From Sporopachydermia quercuum (lineage: Eukaryota), in the NCBI GenBank assembly GCA_001599295.1, contig BCGN01000003.1, positions 620,001 through 684,000 of the forward strand: a stretch of 64,000 bases of DNA. Direction: 5' to 3'. Below are positions 34,383 through 45,770 of this stretch, in pieces. The translations under genes were made by a program, and so were the position numbers. The notes under the pieces are model-generated. The model was not told the DNA's origin, did no database searches, and saw only the letters and a list, made by a program, of their open reading frames with translations. Numbering within the stretch: position 1 is the first letter of the stretch; the number at the start of each line of letters is the position of its first letter.

Positions 34383-36635
34383 TCAAATTCTCCACGTTTT
34401 CAACCATCTGAGATAACTGTAATTCTCATGATCGCCTTCCATGCCAAATGAGATTGGTGCAAATAAGTAAAAAACATATATAACACCAGCATAACTACCA
34501 AGATAAACTAAAGCAATCACCACCTTCTTCCAAATAGGTTTCGGGCCAGGACCAGTTGTGAAATAATTGATTTGGCAGACAAGAATAATTATTGCAAAAT
34601 ATAATGCTGGCAAATAATGATGAACATAAGTAACTCTTCCCATAACCCAGAATGGAACAAAATGTGCTACCCAACCAACAAATGGATAGAAACTTTGCAG
34701 TAGGAATAAATCAAACGAGCCTTCTTGAGGGAAATCATTATACTGTCGTTGATATCTGATAAGAAGGACAAGAATGAAGAAAACAAGCGTGATCAATCCA
34801 ACTGAAGATGTCCAAGTATTGGCTGGTGATCCCAGCAGGAAGTATTTGATGGAATCATTGGCCCAAGAGCAAATACGAATACCAACGTTGAGAGTCGGCC
34901 ATTGCCAAGCATCTGAGGCCAAATCATCTTGTTTATCTGGATCAGGAACCAATGCATTGTTAGACGCCATCATAGCAAAGTTCAGTTGAATAAAATCGGC
35001 AAGAAATCTTGTCTTTGGCAGTTTAATTTGTCCTGGGTCTTCTAGACGCTCATTCACATGAAATTCGATATTCCACCAGGTAGTTTTATCTCTTTTAAAA
35101 GGATTTCTTCTACAGGTTACTTCACCCTGACGGAAACCCCAGTGAGGTAGACTTTGACCAGACGTAGCTAAATAACAGTTCATTACTTCATTCTTAAGTC
35201 TGAACGACGTGGTCAAAGGATGAATCATGCTGGAGTTCTCGTCACCGAGTTGATCAACAATCTCAACAGTCCAATTGTCCTTTTCATCACCAACAGTTAG
35301 ATTTCCATAAGCAGATACTTCGAATTCTTTCTTGGTTACAGGGGCAGCAACATTATGAGTATGTAGGTTTCTTCCTGTGGATGGATGCATTAATCTAACG
35401 ACACCACCATTAACGACAAAGCTCAAGGGGTCCTCAGATTTATAGTACTCATGGATATCTCCTCGGGCGTATTCAAGAAGCCAATTGTTATTATCATCTT
35501 TATGAACATAAGTTGTAACCTGCTGCTGACGAGATCCTTCAGGGAATGTCTGTATATGAGAATGAAGTAATCCAGATCCAAAGCCTTGGTTCTTCAAAGT
35601 AGCAACAGAACCATAAGCCAAATCTCTTGGGCCACCAAGAACTGATGATCCTACTAAATTTGCTTGGAAAAGAGAGCTCATATTAGAATCACCAGGACCA
35701 GAATGAGACAAAAGAGTGAAATGAATTTTGAAACAAAGCATGAAAATAAGGAAAGGAAGAATCACCAAACAGATAATACGGGCAATCCAGTGGCCAATAT
35801 ATGTAGTCGTTTTCATTGTCTTATCCCCGAACTTTTCCCACAAATCAATAATAGTATATAACCCATATACTGAAGTAACAAATAAACCAACCATCTTCAC
35901 ACTACAAACACAGCCAATTGAAATACCAGAAAGAATAAGCCATTTCCACCATTTCACTGAAAAAGGATTTTTCCGTTGGCTATGAAATTTAACCATGCAA
36001 AAATAAGTACTCACAATGAAGCAAAGTAACATAGAGTCAAGTAGGATGAATTTGCTCAACGTAACATAAGAGTTCTCGCATAAAACCATCAAAGTCAATA
36101 ACCAAGTGGAAGCAGTCGAGAATCCTAATTCCTTACCAGTATAATAGGCCATGGGCACACAGACAACGCTGAACATAGAATTGAATATACGCATAGGAAC
36201 ATACTTCACGTGTTCAGGATACAACGAACCTGAATCAAAATCATAGGAGCCATTATAACCAGCCAAATAGCCAGAAAGACCAATTAACATTTTTCCTAAG
36301 GGAGGATGAACATCGTGATAGAATTCGTGTCTCAGGTAGTAAGAGCCGAATTTACCAAAATGAGCTTCATCCCAAACAACATGATCAGACCGTGCAATTC
36401 TATATAAACGGGTGAAGAAGGCAGCCAACGTGAATAACAAAGGAGCAGCAATTCTTTCGAATTTAGCCCAGTCAGATTCGTTACTCTTTTTCAGCTTTTG
36501 GTTACTTTTAGCAGGAGAAACATCACTCGTTACATTAGCATCCGCTACCTCTTCCATGGTAACTTTCTTAGGCTTCCTTGATTTCAAGGATCCTTTATTA
36601 TCATGAGCTGCAGCTCCCGATGTGTATGACGCCAT
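34383..36635 (-). CDS. PMT2: Dolichyl-phosphate-mannose protein O-mannosyltransferase, PMT2 subfamily, 750 aa
   Basis: VVWDEAHFGKFGSYYLRHEFYHDVHPPLGKML, MIR domains (LLHSH, NLHTH), GRVTYVHHYLPALYF. ATG at 36635. Confidence 0.95.
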   Translation of the reverse strand: MASYTSGAAAHDNKGSLKSRKPKKVTMEEVADANVTSDVSPAKSNQKLKKSNESDWAKFERIAAPLLFTLAAFFTRLYRIARSDHVVWDEAHFGKFGSYYLRHEFYHDVHPPLGKMLIGLSGYLAGYNGSYDFDSGSLYPEHVKYVPMRIFNSMFSVVCVPMAYYTGKELGFSTASTWLLTLMVLCENSYVTLSKFILLDSMLLCFIVSTYFCMVKFHSQRKNPFSVKWWKWLILSGISIGCVCSVKMVGLFVTSVYGLYTIIDLWEKFGDKTMKTTTYIGHWIARIICLVILPFLIFMLCFKIHFTLLSHSGPGDSNMSSLFQANLVGSSVLGGPRDLAYGSVATLKNQGFGSGLLHSHIQTFPEGSRQQQVTTYVHKDDNNNWLLEYARGDIHEYYKSEDPLSFVVNGGVVRLMHPSTGRNLHTHNVAAPVTKKEFEVSAYGNLTVGDEKDNWTVEIVDQLGDENSSMIHPLTTSFRLKNEVMNCYLATSGQSLPHWGFRQGEVTCRRNPFKRDKTTWWNIEFHVNERLEDPGQIKLPKTRFLADFIQLNFAMMASNNALVPDPDKQDDLASDAWQWPTLNVGIRICSWANDSIKYFLLGSPANTWTSSVGLITLVFFILVLLIRYQRQYNDFPQEGSFDLFLLQSFYPFVGWVAHFVPFWVMGRVTYVHHYLPALYFAIIILVCQINYFTTGPGPKPIWKKVVIALVYLGSYAGVIYVFYLFAPISFGMEGDHENYSYLRWLKTWRI

Positions 36636-37189
36636 TTTAATTGATCTCAACTTATATAATTCCTTTTTGTTTAATTAATGCAAATATATCTTCTTTCTGT
36701 TCTATCCAGAAGTTTTATGTTATAACTAGATTAGTATGATAGAACAATTGATTTGTTCTCTAATCTAACCTACTGGTATTCTACTCCAATACACTACCGA
36801 ATCATCCACTTCATCAACGAATGGTGATTCTTCTTGTTTATTCTTGTCGTCAAGTAAAATATCCAATTTAATGGTTATTTTTCTTCTCTTGACAGTCAAG
36901 GTTCTTTCTTTCCGTATCCTATCAACTAACCAATCAATCAATGGATTACCAATATGATACTCAATCGCTACAACAAGTTAAGAGTAATCAGTGAAACTGA
37001 CAGGTAACCTTTCCTATTTCTTTTGCTACTGCCTTAGATACAAAAAGAAAAGTATTACAATTTCTTTCTTACTGCTATTCTTCTTGTTCAACGTTCCCGT
37101 TTTCCAGTACTCTGTCACTCATTCCTTCAATCCTTTTTTTTTAATTGAGATGATCACTTTTACCACAATTCCGTTTTGACAAGGTGAAA

Positions 37190-37198
37190 TGACACGTC
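37190..37198. promoter_or_regulatory. Candidate Hac1/bZIP (UPRE-like) site TGACACGTC upstream of PMT2, with a related GACGTGTGG near 37240
   Basis: Motif match about 555 bp upstream of the PMT2 ATG. PMT2 is a known UPR target in yeast. The motif is short, so a chance match is possible. Confidence 0.35.
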
Positions 37199-38231
37199 TT
37201 TGTTTCGTTCCCATTTGCAAAGCCTGAACTTTGTTGGATGGACGTGTGGCAGACTTCGCGTCTCTTCTTGGAGAGATGACCTACCTCCAGAAGTCGCCCT
37301 TGAAGTTGATGACTTCTCGTGGGGAATACTGGAGATTTTCATATCATATAGATTTGATAGATGGTGAGAATATATTCTATATGAAGAGGATATTTGGAGG
37401 AAATAAATATTAGAACATCTATTTATTTTTTAAAGATAAAGGAGAAGATTATAGAGAACTTTCCGCTATTTGGAGTCTAGTAGTAAATGTCTATTTTCAT
37501 CCTGGGTTCAGTACCATAATGTTTTATGGTTTATTGGATTGCATGATAATGCATATTGAAGCATATTTGAATAGAACCTTATTGGCTTCAACATTAACCA
37601 TCAAAGGCCAACTCCACCCTTTGGCAAGAAAATTCATTACTCTTACATTGATTATGTATCATCAATATATCTCTACTTTTCTGTTTCATATAAAACAAGT
37701 TTTCGAATACCACCACAATATCATCACTACGTGTAAAAACTATCTACATATTCAAATCTTCATATCTTCAGAAGGACCGCATGTATCTAACCGGTCTCTC
37801 CAATTACCCCCGTCTTATCTTTTACATATATGACCTTCAAAAAGGTTGCAAATAGAAATCNACCTAAAGAGAGATTAACACAATGAAGGATATGAAATGA
37901 TGATTTATTTGTTTTGATTTAACTCTATCTTCAAATTTTATATAAATCAGTAAATGAACAGAAGAAGATCTGGTATAACATGTTGATAGTAAGGAAACAA
38001 CGATAAGTACTAAGCAGAAGGTTTAGAACGAAGAATAATTCAATCACACCATACAGTCGGCCAGCTGCTCTTTATACATTGATTAGGTGAGGTGTCTATC
38101 AGCTATATGAGATTGCTAGGGACGCAACTGTATTATTTGCTGTTGAGTATCTGACAGGTTAGGTTGGAGTTTTAGTATCTGGAAATCAGGAGAAATAAGC
38201 AGTTTTAAACGCTCATAGTTCATCGAGCAAC

Positions 38232-39794
38232 ATGGAAAGGAATTCTGCAGCAGAAGCTCAGCTAAGAGATATGCAGTATAATTCAACACAAGTAGATGAA
38301 GAAGAAACATCTACGATTGCTGGTGATGATGATGATTCATTGGAAGAGTATGAGGTAGAAACAACGAAGCACAGTCCTTCAAGCAAAGCTCTTTACTACT
38401 CTTTTGTAATAAATGGCATATCACTATTATGGCCTTGGAATTGTTTTCTACTAGCTACGTCTTTTTTCTACCAAGTCTTCGTTGATCATGAACATATCAG
38501 AAGAAACTATTCTTCTAGTATGATGACAGTGTCTACTCTCACAGCTCTTTTGTTCACGGTGTATCTTTCTCAGAAACAGAAAAGAGCCGATTACTTTTTC
38601 CGAAATATTGTTGGTACTGGAATCAACGTACTAGTTTTCCTAATGCTCACATGTTCTATACCATTCGCTGTTACAATCTCGGGAGCAGGAGCTGTATTAT
38701 ATTTTATATTCATTCTATTTACAGTGTTCTGCAGTGCAATTGGAACATGTGCTGCTCAGAATGGTATAATGGCCAATGCAAATATATGTGGCTCTATATA
38801 TGCTCAAGGGACAATGGTTGGACAATCAATCGCTGGCNTTTTCCCTTGTTTGACTTTGATTCTTTCAGTTCTAATGTTTTCCGGCGCAGCTGCTTCGGAT
38901 AATGATAGTACCAGCGACAGTGATTCCACTACAGGAACTTCCTACTGGAGTGCTACGCTTTATTTCTTTACCGCAAGCTTAGTAGCAACTGTAGCTCTAG
39001 GTACGTATTTATGGGTTCGTCCTACAATCATGAAAATTGAACATAACATACTTCTCAGCAAGAAGAACTCTCCTTCAATATCCATATCCTCTAGAGACGA
39101 ATCCGGCTACAATCTGGTTTCATCAAATGAAGATCAACCTCCAGAGTCTATTGGTACTTTAAGTACACTGGAAAATGAAGGCGAACTACCAAGTGAATCA
39201 CTGTTGTTAGACAGTCATGCTCCATTGAAGATTCACATTAAATTTAACATACTATTAAGAAAACTAGGGCCAGTTGTATTATCATTGTTCTTAGTCTTCA
39301 CTGTATCTTTGGCATTTCCTGTTTTTGCATCTACCACCACCTCAGTCAACAGCAAAGCTCATCCGAACACTAGATTGTTTGATCCATCTATCTTTATTCC
39401 TATTGCATATTTATTTTGGAATTTAGGAGATTTTATGGGAAGAGTTGCTTGTGGGAACGAAAAGTTTGTTGTCAAAACGAAACATCAAATGGTTGCATAT
39501 TCCTTATTTCGTATGCTGTTTATTCCCTTTTTCTTCTTAACAAATGTATCAGGAAGTACGAGAGAAAGCAAACCACTAATCAATTCTGATTTGATGTATT
39601 TACTATTTATGTTTCTCTATGGTTTTTCTAATGGACATTTATGCAGTTCCTGTTTTATGTCTGTTAGAAAGTATGTCCAAGATGTGGAGCTTGAAGCTGC
39701 AGCAGGATTCATGACCATCTTTCTCAATCTCGGCTTAGCCATTGGAAGTTTGTTAAGTTTTTTCATTGTATATCTGACAACGTTGATTAGATAG
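38232..39794 (+). CDS. FUN26: Equilibrative nucleoside transporter (ENT family), 520 aa
   Basis: GISLLWPWNCF, QGTMVGQSIAG, FPVFAS, WNLGDFMGR, GFSNGHL, GLAIGS; multiple TM segments. Adjacent to PMT2, as in S. cerevisiae. Confidence 0.9.
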   Translation: MERNSAAEAQLRDMQYNSTQVDEEETSTIAGDDDDSLEEYEVETTKHSPSSKALYYSFVINGISLLWPWNCFLLATSFFYQVFVDHEHIRRNYSSSMMTVSTLTALLFTVYLSQKQKRADYFFRNIVGTGINVLVFLMLTCSIPFAVTISGAGAVLYFIFILFTVFCSAIGTCAAQNGIMANANICGSIYAQGTMVGQSIAGXFPCLTLILSVLMFSGAAASDNDSTSDSDSTTGTSYWSATLYFFTASLVATVALGTYLWVRPTIMKIEHNILLSKKNSPSISISSRDESGYNLVSSNEDQPPESIGTLSTLENEGELPSESLLLDSHAPLKIHIKFNILLRKLGPVVLSLFLVFTVSLAFPVFASTTTSVNSKAHPNTRLFDPSIFIPIAYLFWNLGDFMGRVACGNEKFVVKTKHQMVAYSLFRMLFIPFFFLTNVSGSTRESKPLINSDLMYLLFMFLYGFSNGHLCSSCFMSVRKYVQDVELEAAAGFMTIFLNLGLAIGSLLSFFIVYLTTLIR

Positions 39795-40731
39795 ATTTAA
39801 TTGATAAAGAAGACGTTGATATCATAAAGTTGACATTCTAACAGGTTTTCGAGTGCTGGCACCGAATGGTAGTTGATTTGTATGCAAGTGAGTTTATATA
39901 ATATGTTAGATTATAGAGAAAATGAAAGGTAGCTAACTTAATCATCACTAACGATATTTCAACCATATGTGCGAGCCATGAGAATTACAATGATAGGCAC
40001 AGCATCATAATTGTAGATATATATATTTTTTTGTTTACACACAGTAAAATCATCTACAAAAATAATCGTTCCATATAATTCGCATCCTTTCCGAATTATC
40101 GTTCATCATTCGACGCTCAAAATCCTTCTTATCATTCATTCCCAATTCCTTCAATTGCCTTATTCACTTCCTATCAACAGTCCCATATCAGATATACACA
40201 AACATCAAAGCTCACCACAATTGACTTCTACCTTTATCAGTCTTTTACATGACCAGATTTACAACAGAGTCATTTTTATTGCTTGTACTTAAGTAATTAT
40301 GAGCACCAACAGTGTGCCCCTGATAGTTATTGCTAATCTCTTAATCGCACCTTCATTGGTAGAATCATTTCTTTCCTTGCTTTGCTTAGAAGCGAACTCT
40401 TACTGCTTATCTCCTGTTCAGTTTCTACATGATAATAGGGCAACTAAAGTACTTTGTATTCGTTTATTAACAAATAACTCGTTCAATATCTGACTAGTAA
40501 GAGATTTTATAGCAGAACTGTTATATCTCTCTAACTGTTGGCCATTAATCAATAAGGGGAAAGAAGGGGAATACATTCAAGTACGAGCAACAAATCCTCA
40601 TAACACTCCNAAGTACATCGTATCATAGCGTCTTATTTCTTTTTTATTCGTTAAACAGCAACAATTTTTTAGCATATACTCATATGAAATTCTGTTTTCA
40701 TCTTCTCAATAAAAGTCAATAGAAATCCCTC

Positions 40732-41361
40732 ATGATGAGCTTTCGAACGATATCACGAAGAACCCTTCAATCGGTGAACTGCAGAATTCTGTCGGGAAGA
40801 GCCCTACAACAATCAAGACAGATAATGCTATCAAGGGGATCACCAAAATACTCAATATCTTCATACAGACAACAATATTCAACTGCTACCGGTAACGCTA
40901 TCGGAGAGGCATCAAATGAACCAGTTCCAGGAGTGAGAGAAGATTTCACTGCTACTCAAATAATCAATCCTAAGTTATGTGAGAAAGGTCAAACCCTGAA
41001 AATAGGTATAACAGAAAGAGCAGCGAAAAGACTGAGATCAATAATGCAAGAAGAAAACAACCCCGGATTGGTTTTGAGAGCTGCTGTTGAGAGTGGTGGT
41101 TGTCATGGATTTCAGTATTTAATGTCTTTGAAAAGTATGGATGAAGTGAAATGTAAAGCAGGGGAAGAGGATACCGTATTTACAAGAGATGGAGCTAAGG
41201 TAGCTATTGATGAAACATCTTTAGGACTGCTGCGTGATTCGAAAGTTGACTATACAACAGAATTGATCGGATCTCAGTTTAAGATTGTTGATTCTCCATA
41301 CGCCAAGAGTAGTTGTGGATGCGGAACCAGTTTTGATTTTGATTTCGAAAAGCTTTCATAG
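40732..41361 (+). CDS. ISA2: Mitochondrial A-type Fe-S carrier (HesB/IscA family), 209 aa
   Basis: Arg/Ser-rich presequence, VESGGCHGFQY, DYTTELIGSQF, SSCGCGTSF. Confidence 0.92.
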   Translation: MMSFRTISRRTLQSVNCRILSGRALQQSRQIMLSRGSPKYSISSYRQQYSTATGNAIGEASNEPVPGVREDFTATQIINPKLCEKGQTLKIGITERAAKRLRSIMQEENNPGLVLRAAVESGGCHGFQYLMSLKSMDEVKCKAGEEDTVFTRDGAKVAIDETSLGLLRDSKVDYTTELIGSQFKIVDSPYAKSSCGCGTSFDFDFEKLS

Positions 41362-42533
41362 CCTATAAATATTAGGAAAGTGTTAATACGTATACTGTGC
41401 AAGAAGCATTAGTAAAATTAGCTTAGCTGTAGTCATCATTTAGTGACTATTGTTAAGACAAGCAAAGTTATTCGGTGGGTAGGAATTCAAACGAAGGAAG
41501 GTACCGCCAGTGCGAAGACAATTTNATAGTAAGGAGCTTTCAAGCCAGGAAAACTAGAAATCCCACTCATGGGCCAGTAAAGGGAACAGTTCAGGTTTTG
41601 GAATTGATGGCAATTATCTTTATATGAANCCATCTGGATGCTTCCCAAAATACTCTTCGCTGTAGAAAGGAATGAAAGTTTCTTACTTGAAAGAGATTGA
41701 AGGAAGGTGGAAATTAATAGAAATGAAAGGAAGTAGAAGGTCGATGGTTGTCTATTGGTTATGACTTGGGTTTATGTCATTTAATGGTTTGTTTATATGA
41801 TCTATCAATACAATATAGTAATAATATATGTAATAATGATATGTATTTTATTATATATCCAANAGGTATAAACATTGATCAAAAAGAATCTGCTTATCAA
41901 AGAAACAGAAATGTTTCTAAGCGGAATGAAAAGAGTTCAAATAGTAAAAAGATGCTGGATTTATGCCCCAAACATCAGAAATAGCATTTTCTTTATTATT
42001 CCTTCTGTGCTCTTTATATTCATGAATATCTCCTTTCTATGTTGTTTCATCAATCAAGTTATTGATGTATCTACGATCAAAAAGAACGTTTAGTACTAAT
42101 AATGCGAATGAGAATAAATATAGATGATCTGATTTATATAATTCAAATTATACAAACGTGTGATCAATTCTAGCTATCATATCCAAAAAGAGATTAATAG
42201 ATGCTCACAGATGTTCATAAATGTTCATAGATGTTCAAGCGATCAAAAACGAGTTAATAATTGTACGTATATCAAATGCTAGACCATTTAGTAGGAAGTA
42301 CGGAAGAAAACTTGGCAGGTTTGAATAGAATTCACTTTTACTATCTAATATTCCAATAATCATAGAGTTCTATTGCTTGTTTCATTGAAACAGAAACAGT
42401 CAAGAGAAAACTGTCAATAAGTGGATTTGCATTTAATTCCCACTGAATATTTTCATTACTTACAGAAGCACACAATATATGACAACTGAATCTTTCTTCT
42501 TAGTTAATAATCTTGCCAGATCAAGCTACCCAG

Positions 42534-43664
42534 TCAATCATCAGAAATATTTGTAAATAGTTCATTTAGGAGGTTTATTGGCCGTAATAAAGAACCTTCT
42601 TCACTAGTTTCAAACTCATTCAATCTAGAGCTCTTCAGCCGTAGTCTTCCTTCACAAGATATAAATAATCCATCAGTTTGAACAGATACTAATGGGATTG
42701 ATTTACCAGTAGTGTTATTATTACTGTTGTTGATATCATTCTTATAATCGTCCGACAGTTTCAAACCTGTTTGACGATTCAACTGAGGAAGAATAGATTC
42801 AGTGAAAGGCTTCATTTTACCATCGTCAAACTGCTTTGATGCTGAGATATAAAAATACAGAACATCCTCATTCTTTATTTCCAGCACCATTGATCGTAAA
42901 CCTGACTTATTAATAGCATTGACACCAAATCCCAACTCGATTTTACCAAATTGAAATAACGTTTTATTCTCTATTATGTCTTGTAACGAAATACTGTCCT
43001 TTGATACTCTTTTCTTAATTGCTTTCAATACCTGTAGGAATTCTGTTTTGACATAATCGTTCAAAACAAGAGAAACCAATTTTGGCTGTATTTTCAATGG
43101 AGAGATCATAATGCCGAATTTATTCTTGAAGAAGGTCATTAACGTGTACTGAATGTTAGTTGACGAGCATTTCATGAGAAGTAAAGTATTGTACTTATAC
43201 TCCAGTAATGAAGCTGTTCTATTGATTGGTTCTTCGGAATTAGTATTAACATCAATATTAGTATCATCATTGGTACCATCACTACGGTTATCAGGCTTTT
43301 CTATTACAACCAAGTAGAACTCCGCTTGTAANGCTGATTCTATTATTCTGCCTCCCTCACCCGAACTCTCAGTCAGTGTCTTAAGTCTTTTATTGGAATT
43401 GACAGATATAATTGTATGATATCTGAATTTGGTCTCTTCATCTTCTTTATAGTCCCACGTTAACGGTAGATTCTTTGTTATTCTCTTCCAACTGTTTGGA
43501 TCTTCACCCAACTTTTCAAACTCTTCAGCATAGGTTTGAGATATCAGAGTTTTCAGTAGATGTATATACTTTTCTAGATGTTTAGAATCAAATGATATTA
43601 GGGAAGTTGATTTTATTAGTTTGAATGTTTTATTCGATAACGTTTCCGTAAAATATGATGCCAT
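42534..43664 (-). CDS. IML3: Inner kinetochore CENP-L/Iml3/Fta1-family protein, 376 aa
   Basis: LLLMKC..LMTFFKNKFGIMISPLKI and DGLFISCEGRLRL resemble Fta1/CENP-L blocks. Position and strand match IML3 next to AIM3. ATG at 43664. Confidence 0.65.
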   Translation of the reverse strand: MASYFTETLSNKTFKLIKSTSLISFDSKHLEKYIHLLKTLISQTYAEEFEKLGEDPNSWKRITKNLPLTWDYKEDEETKFRYHTIISVNSNKRLKTLTESSGEGGRIIESXLQAEFYLVVIEKPDNRSDGTNDDTNIDVNTNSEEPINRTASLLEYKYNTLLLMKCSSTNIQYTLMTFFKNKFGIMISPLKIQPKLVSLVLNDYVKTEFLQVLKAIKKRVSKDSISLQDIIENKTLFQFGKIELGFGVNAINKSGLRSMVLEIKNEDVLYFYISASKQFDDGKMKPFTESILPQLNRQTGLKLSDDYKNDINNSNNNTTGKSIPLVSVQTDGLFISCEGRLRLKSSRLNEFETSEEGSLLRPINLLNELFTNISDD

Positions 43665-44793
43665 TTTATAGAATAGCAATGTATGAATGAATGTGTATGA
43701 GTGTGTATGAGTGTGTATGTCGGATATGATGTGTTGTTGTTGGCAGTTGATTCAATTGCTTTGAAAAGTGACTATGTTATACACGAATAAAATAGCAATA
43801 AACTGAACCAAAGGAAAGAACTATTAGAAGGTAAAGCAAATATTTTCACAGTTTCAGAGAGATAATTCGCAGCCTTGTTTTATGTTTTGGTAGAACAATC
43901 TAGTAACTACAATAACAGTTTAAGTGTATAGTCATCGATCGCCCTTAGACGTAGCAATCTGGTTGGTTGGGACGTAACGTAAGTATGCTGGAAGGGTAAA
44001 GAGTAGGTAGGCAATGAATAGTCAATATTGAANATTAGGACCAATTTTATGCTTGTTAATGGTCATTCAACACGGTTTTTGTATGTTCATTCAAAACAGA
44101 TGATGGAGTCAAAGATAAGGAAGATAAGACGTGAAATAGCGGCGATTGAAAATAATANTATTTCGGAGATTATCGTTGTGTGAGTAGAATAATAACGGAA
44201 TCAATATNATTTTAGAATTACATAATCCAAAATGATTATCAGGTCCATCATCAATCTACTGGGAATGATTAGACGCAGATGATTCGGATCATGTAAGAGG
44301 GTGANAATAAGATGTTGCTAAAATTGTAGTAACATACAAATTACCGTTGTAAAGTACTACATACAATCGTACTTTCGGTGCAGTTTAAATAACTTAATAT
44401 GCTTATTCCCTCCTTCTTATCCTAAANTACTGACAGCCGTAAGGGTCAAGCAAACCACGTGATCTAGTACAGAGGCGTTACATCTACTCCATAAAAAGGA
44501 TCTCATATACAATGCGGTTGCTTGACTTCCCCTACTAAAGATNTCCCGCCGTTTACAATCCTCTGCACACCACCCTCGAACCGCCCCCAGGAGCTTTTCC
44601 TGCACCCTCCGCTGGTTATCTGATGTCAAGCCCCTTTCTAGCTTCTTCTTTGTTACTATCTATTTATACATAGATATATATATAGAACCTCCATCTCCAT
44701 TTTCATTTATGANCTAAACAACTGGATGAATGATACTAATTATTGGTTATATAAACGACTTATATCAATTGTCGTACACCGCTTATAATTTCA

Positions 44794-45310
44794 GTAAGTG
44801 AATCTTCAGACTATTGGCATATTGGTGGCAATCTTTTTCTCTTCTCCATTTCATGGTTAAGTGATAGATTTTTTGAATTATTTGGCGGATCGGTTGTTAG
44901 TTGTATGAAATGGATGGATCATTTGGTCCATCATTGTTCAAGTCACATTGATTATTTAATCACTTGGTCGACGAATAGACAGAACTTGTTTTGAGTATAT
45001 CAATTCATCAATAGTAGTTCAATCGAATCGAATCCAGTTCAAGTCTATTGTAATAACTGATCATCACATAGACTTGCACTCTATGCTTTAGTTTCAGTGT
45101 GGGTAATCCATCGATAAGCAAAATGATGATTATAATGNAAAGCAAACAACAGTATGAAAAACAGGAAACAATTATCTTTCAATATTGTAGACCATTGAGC
45201 AATCAACAGCTGAATAAAGAAGTAAAAAAAATTTAATTTATTATCATTACCATCATAGCTTTGCTTGCCGTCTGTGCCGATTGATATCAAATACTAACAT
45301 ATAATTTTAG
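44794..45310 (+). other. Candidate non-coding (leader) intron upstream of AIM3
   Basis: GTAAGT at 44794, TACTAAC at 45292-45298, TTTTAG ending at 45310; TATA-like TATATAAA near 44747. Confidence 0.5.
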
Positions 45311-45770
45311 ATCTCCTCTTATCTATCAACGTATTCCATGTATTTGTATTAGTATTAGTATTGACCTATTCACTTAATATGAAGCTATATAATGATACAT
45401 GATTGTTTTTGATATTTACTAAGAGCTATTGATTATAAAATAACTGTATACAATCTTATGATATTAGCGGGAAGCCACTAATTGTAAACTGTTGATGATT
45501 ATTTGACCAACCAGAGAAACAGCATAAATTTGCATCATAATCATCATCTTCTANNATCAACCACAACTATCAACATCTCTATAAATACAACAAATACAAT
45601 TACGGTATAATTACATTATAATTATTCTACAACTGCGCTACAATTACTCACTAGTACGGTTCCCGTTAGAACNATATTGAATACTGATCTGCTGGTGTCA
45701 CATCTCTCAATCTCTGCATTAACAAATTACCCAACTAAAGCAACTTCCCGATCCAACGCACTTATTCAAA

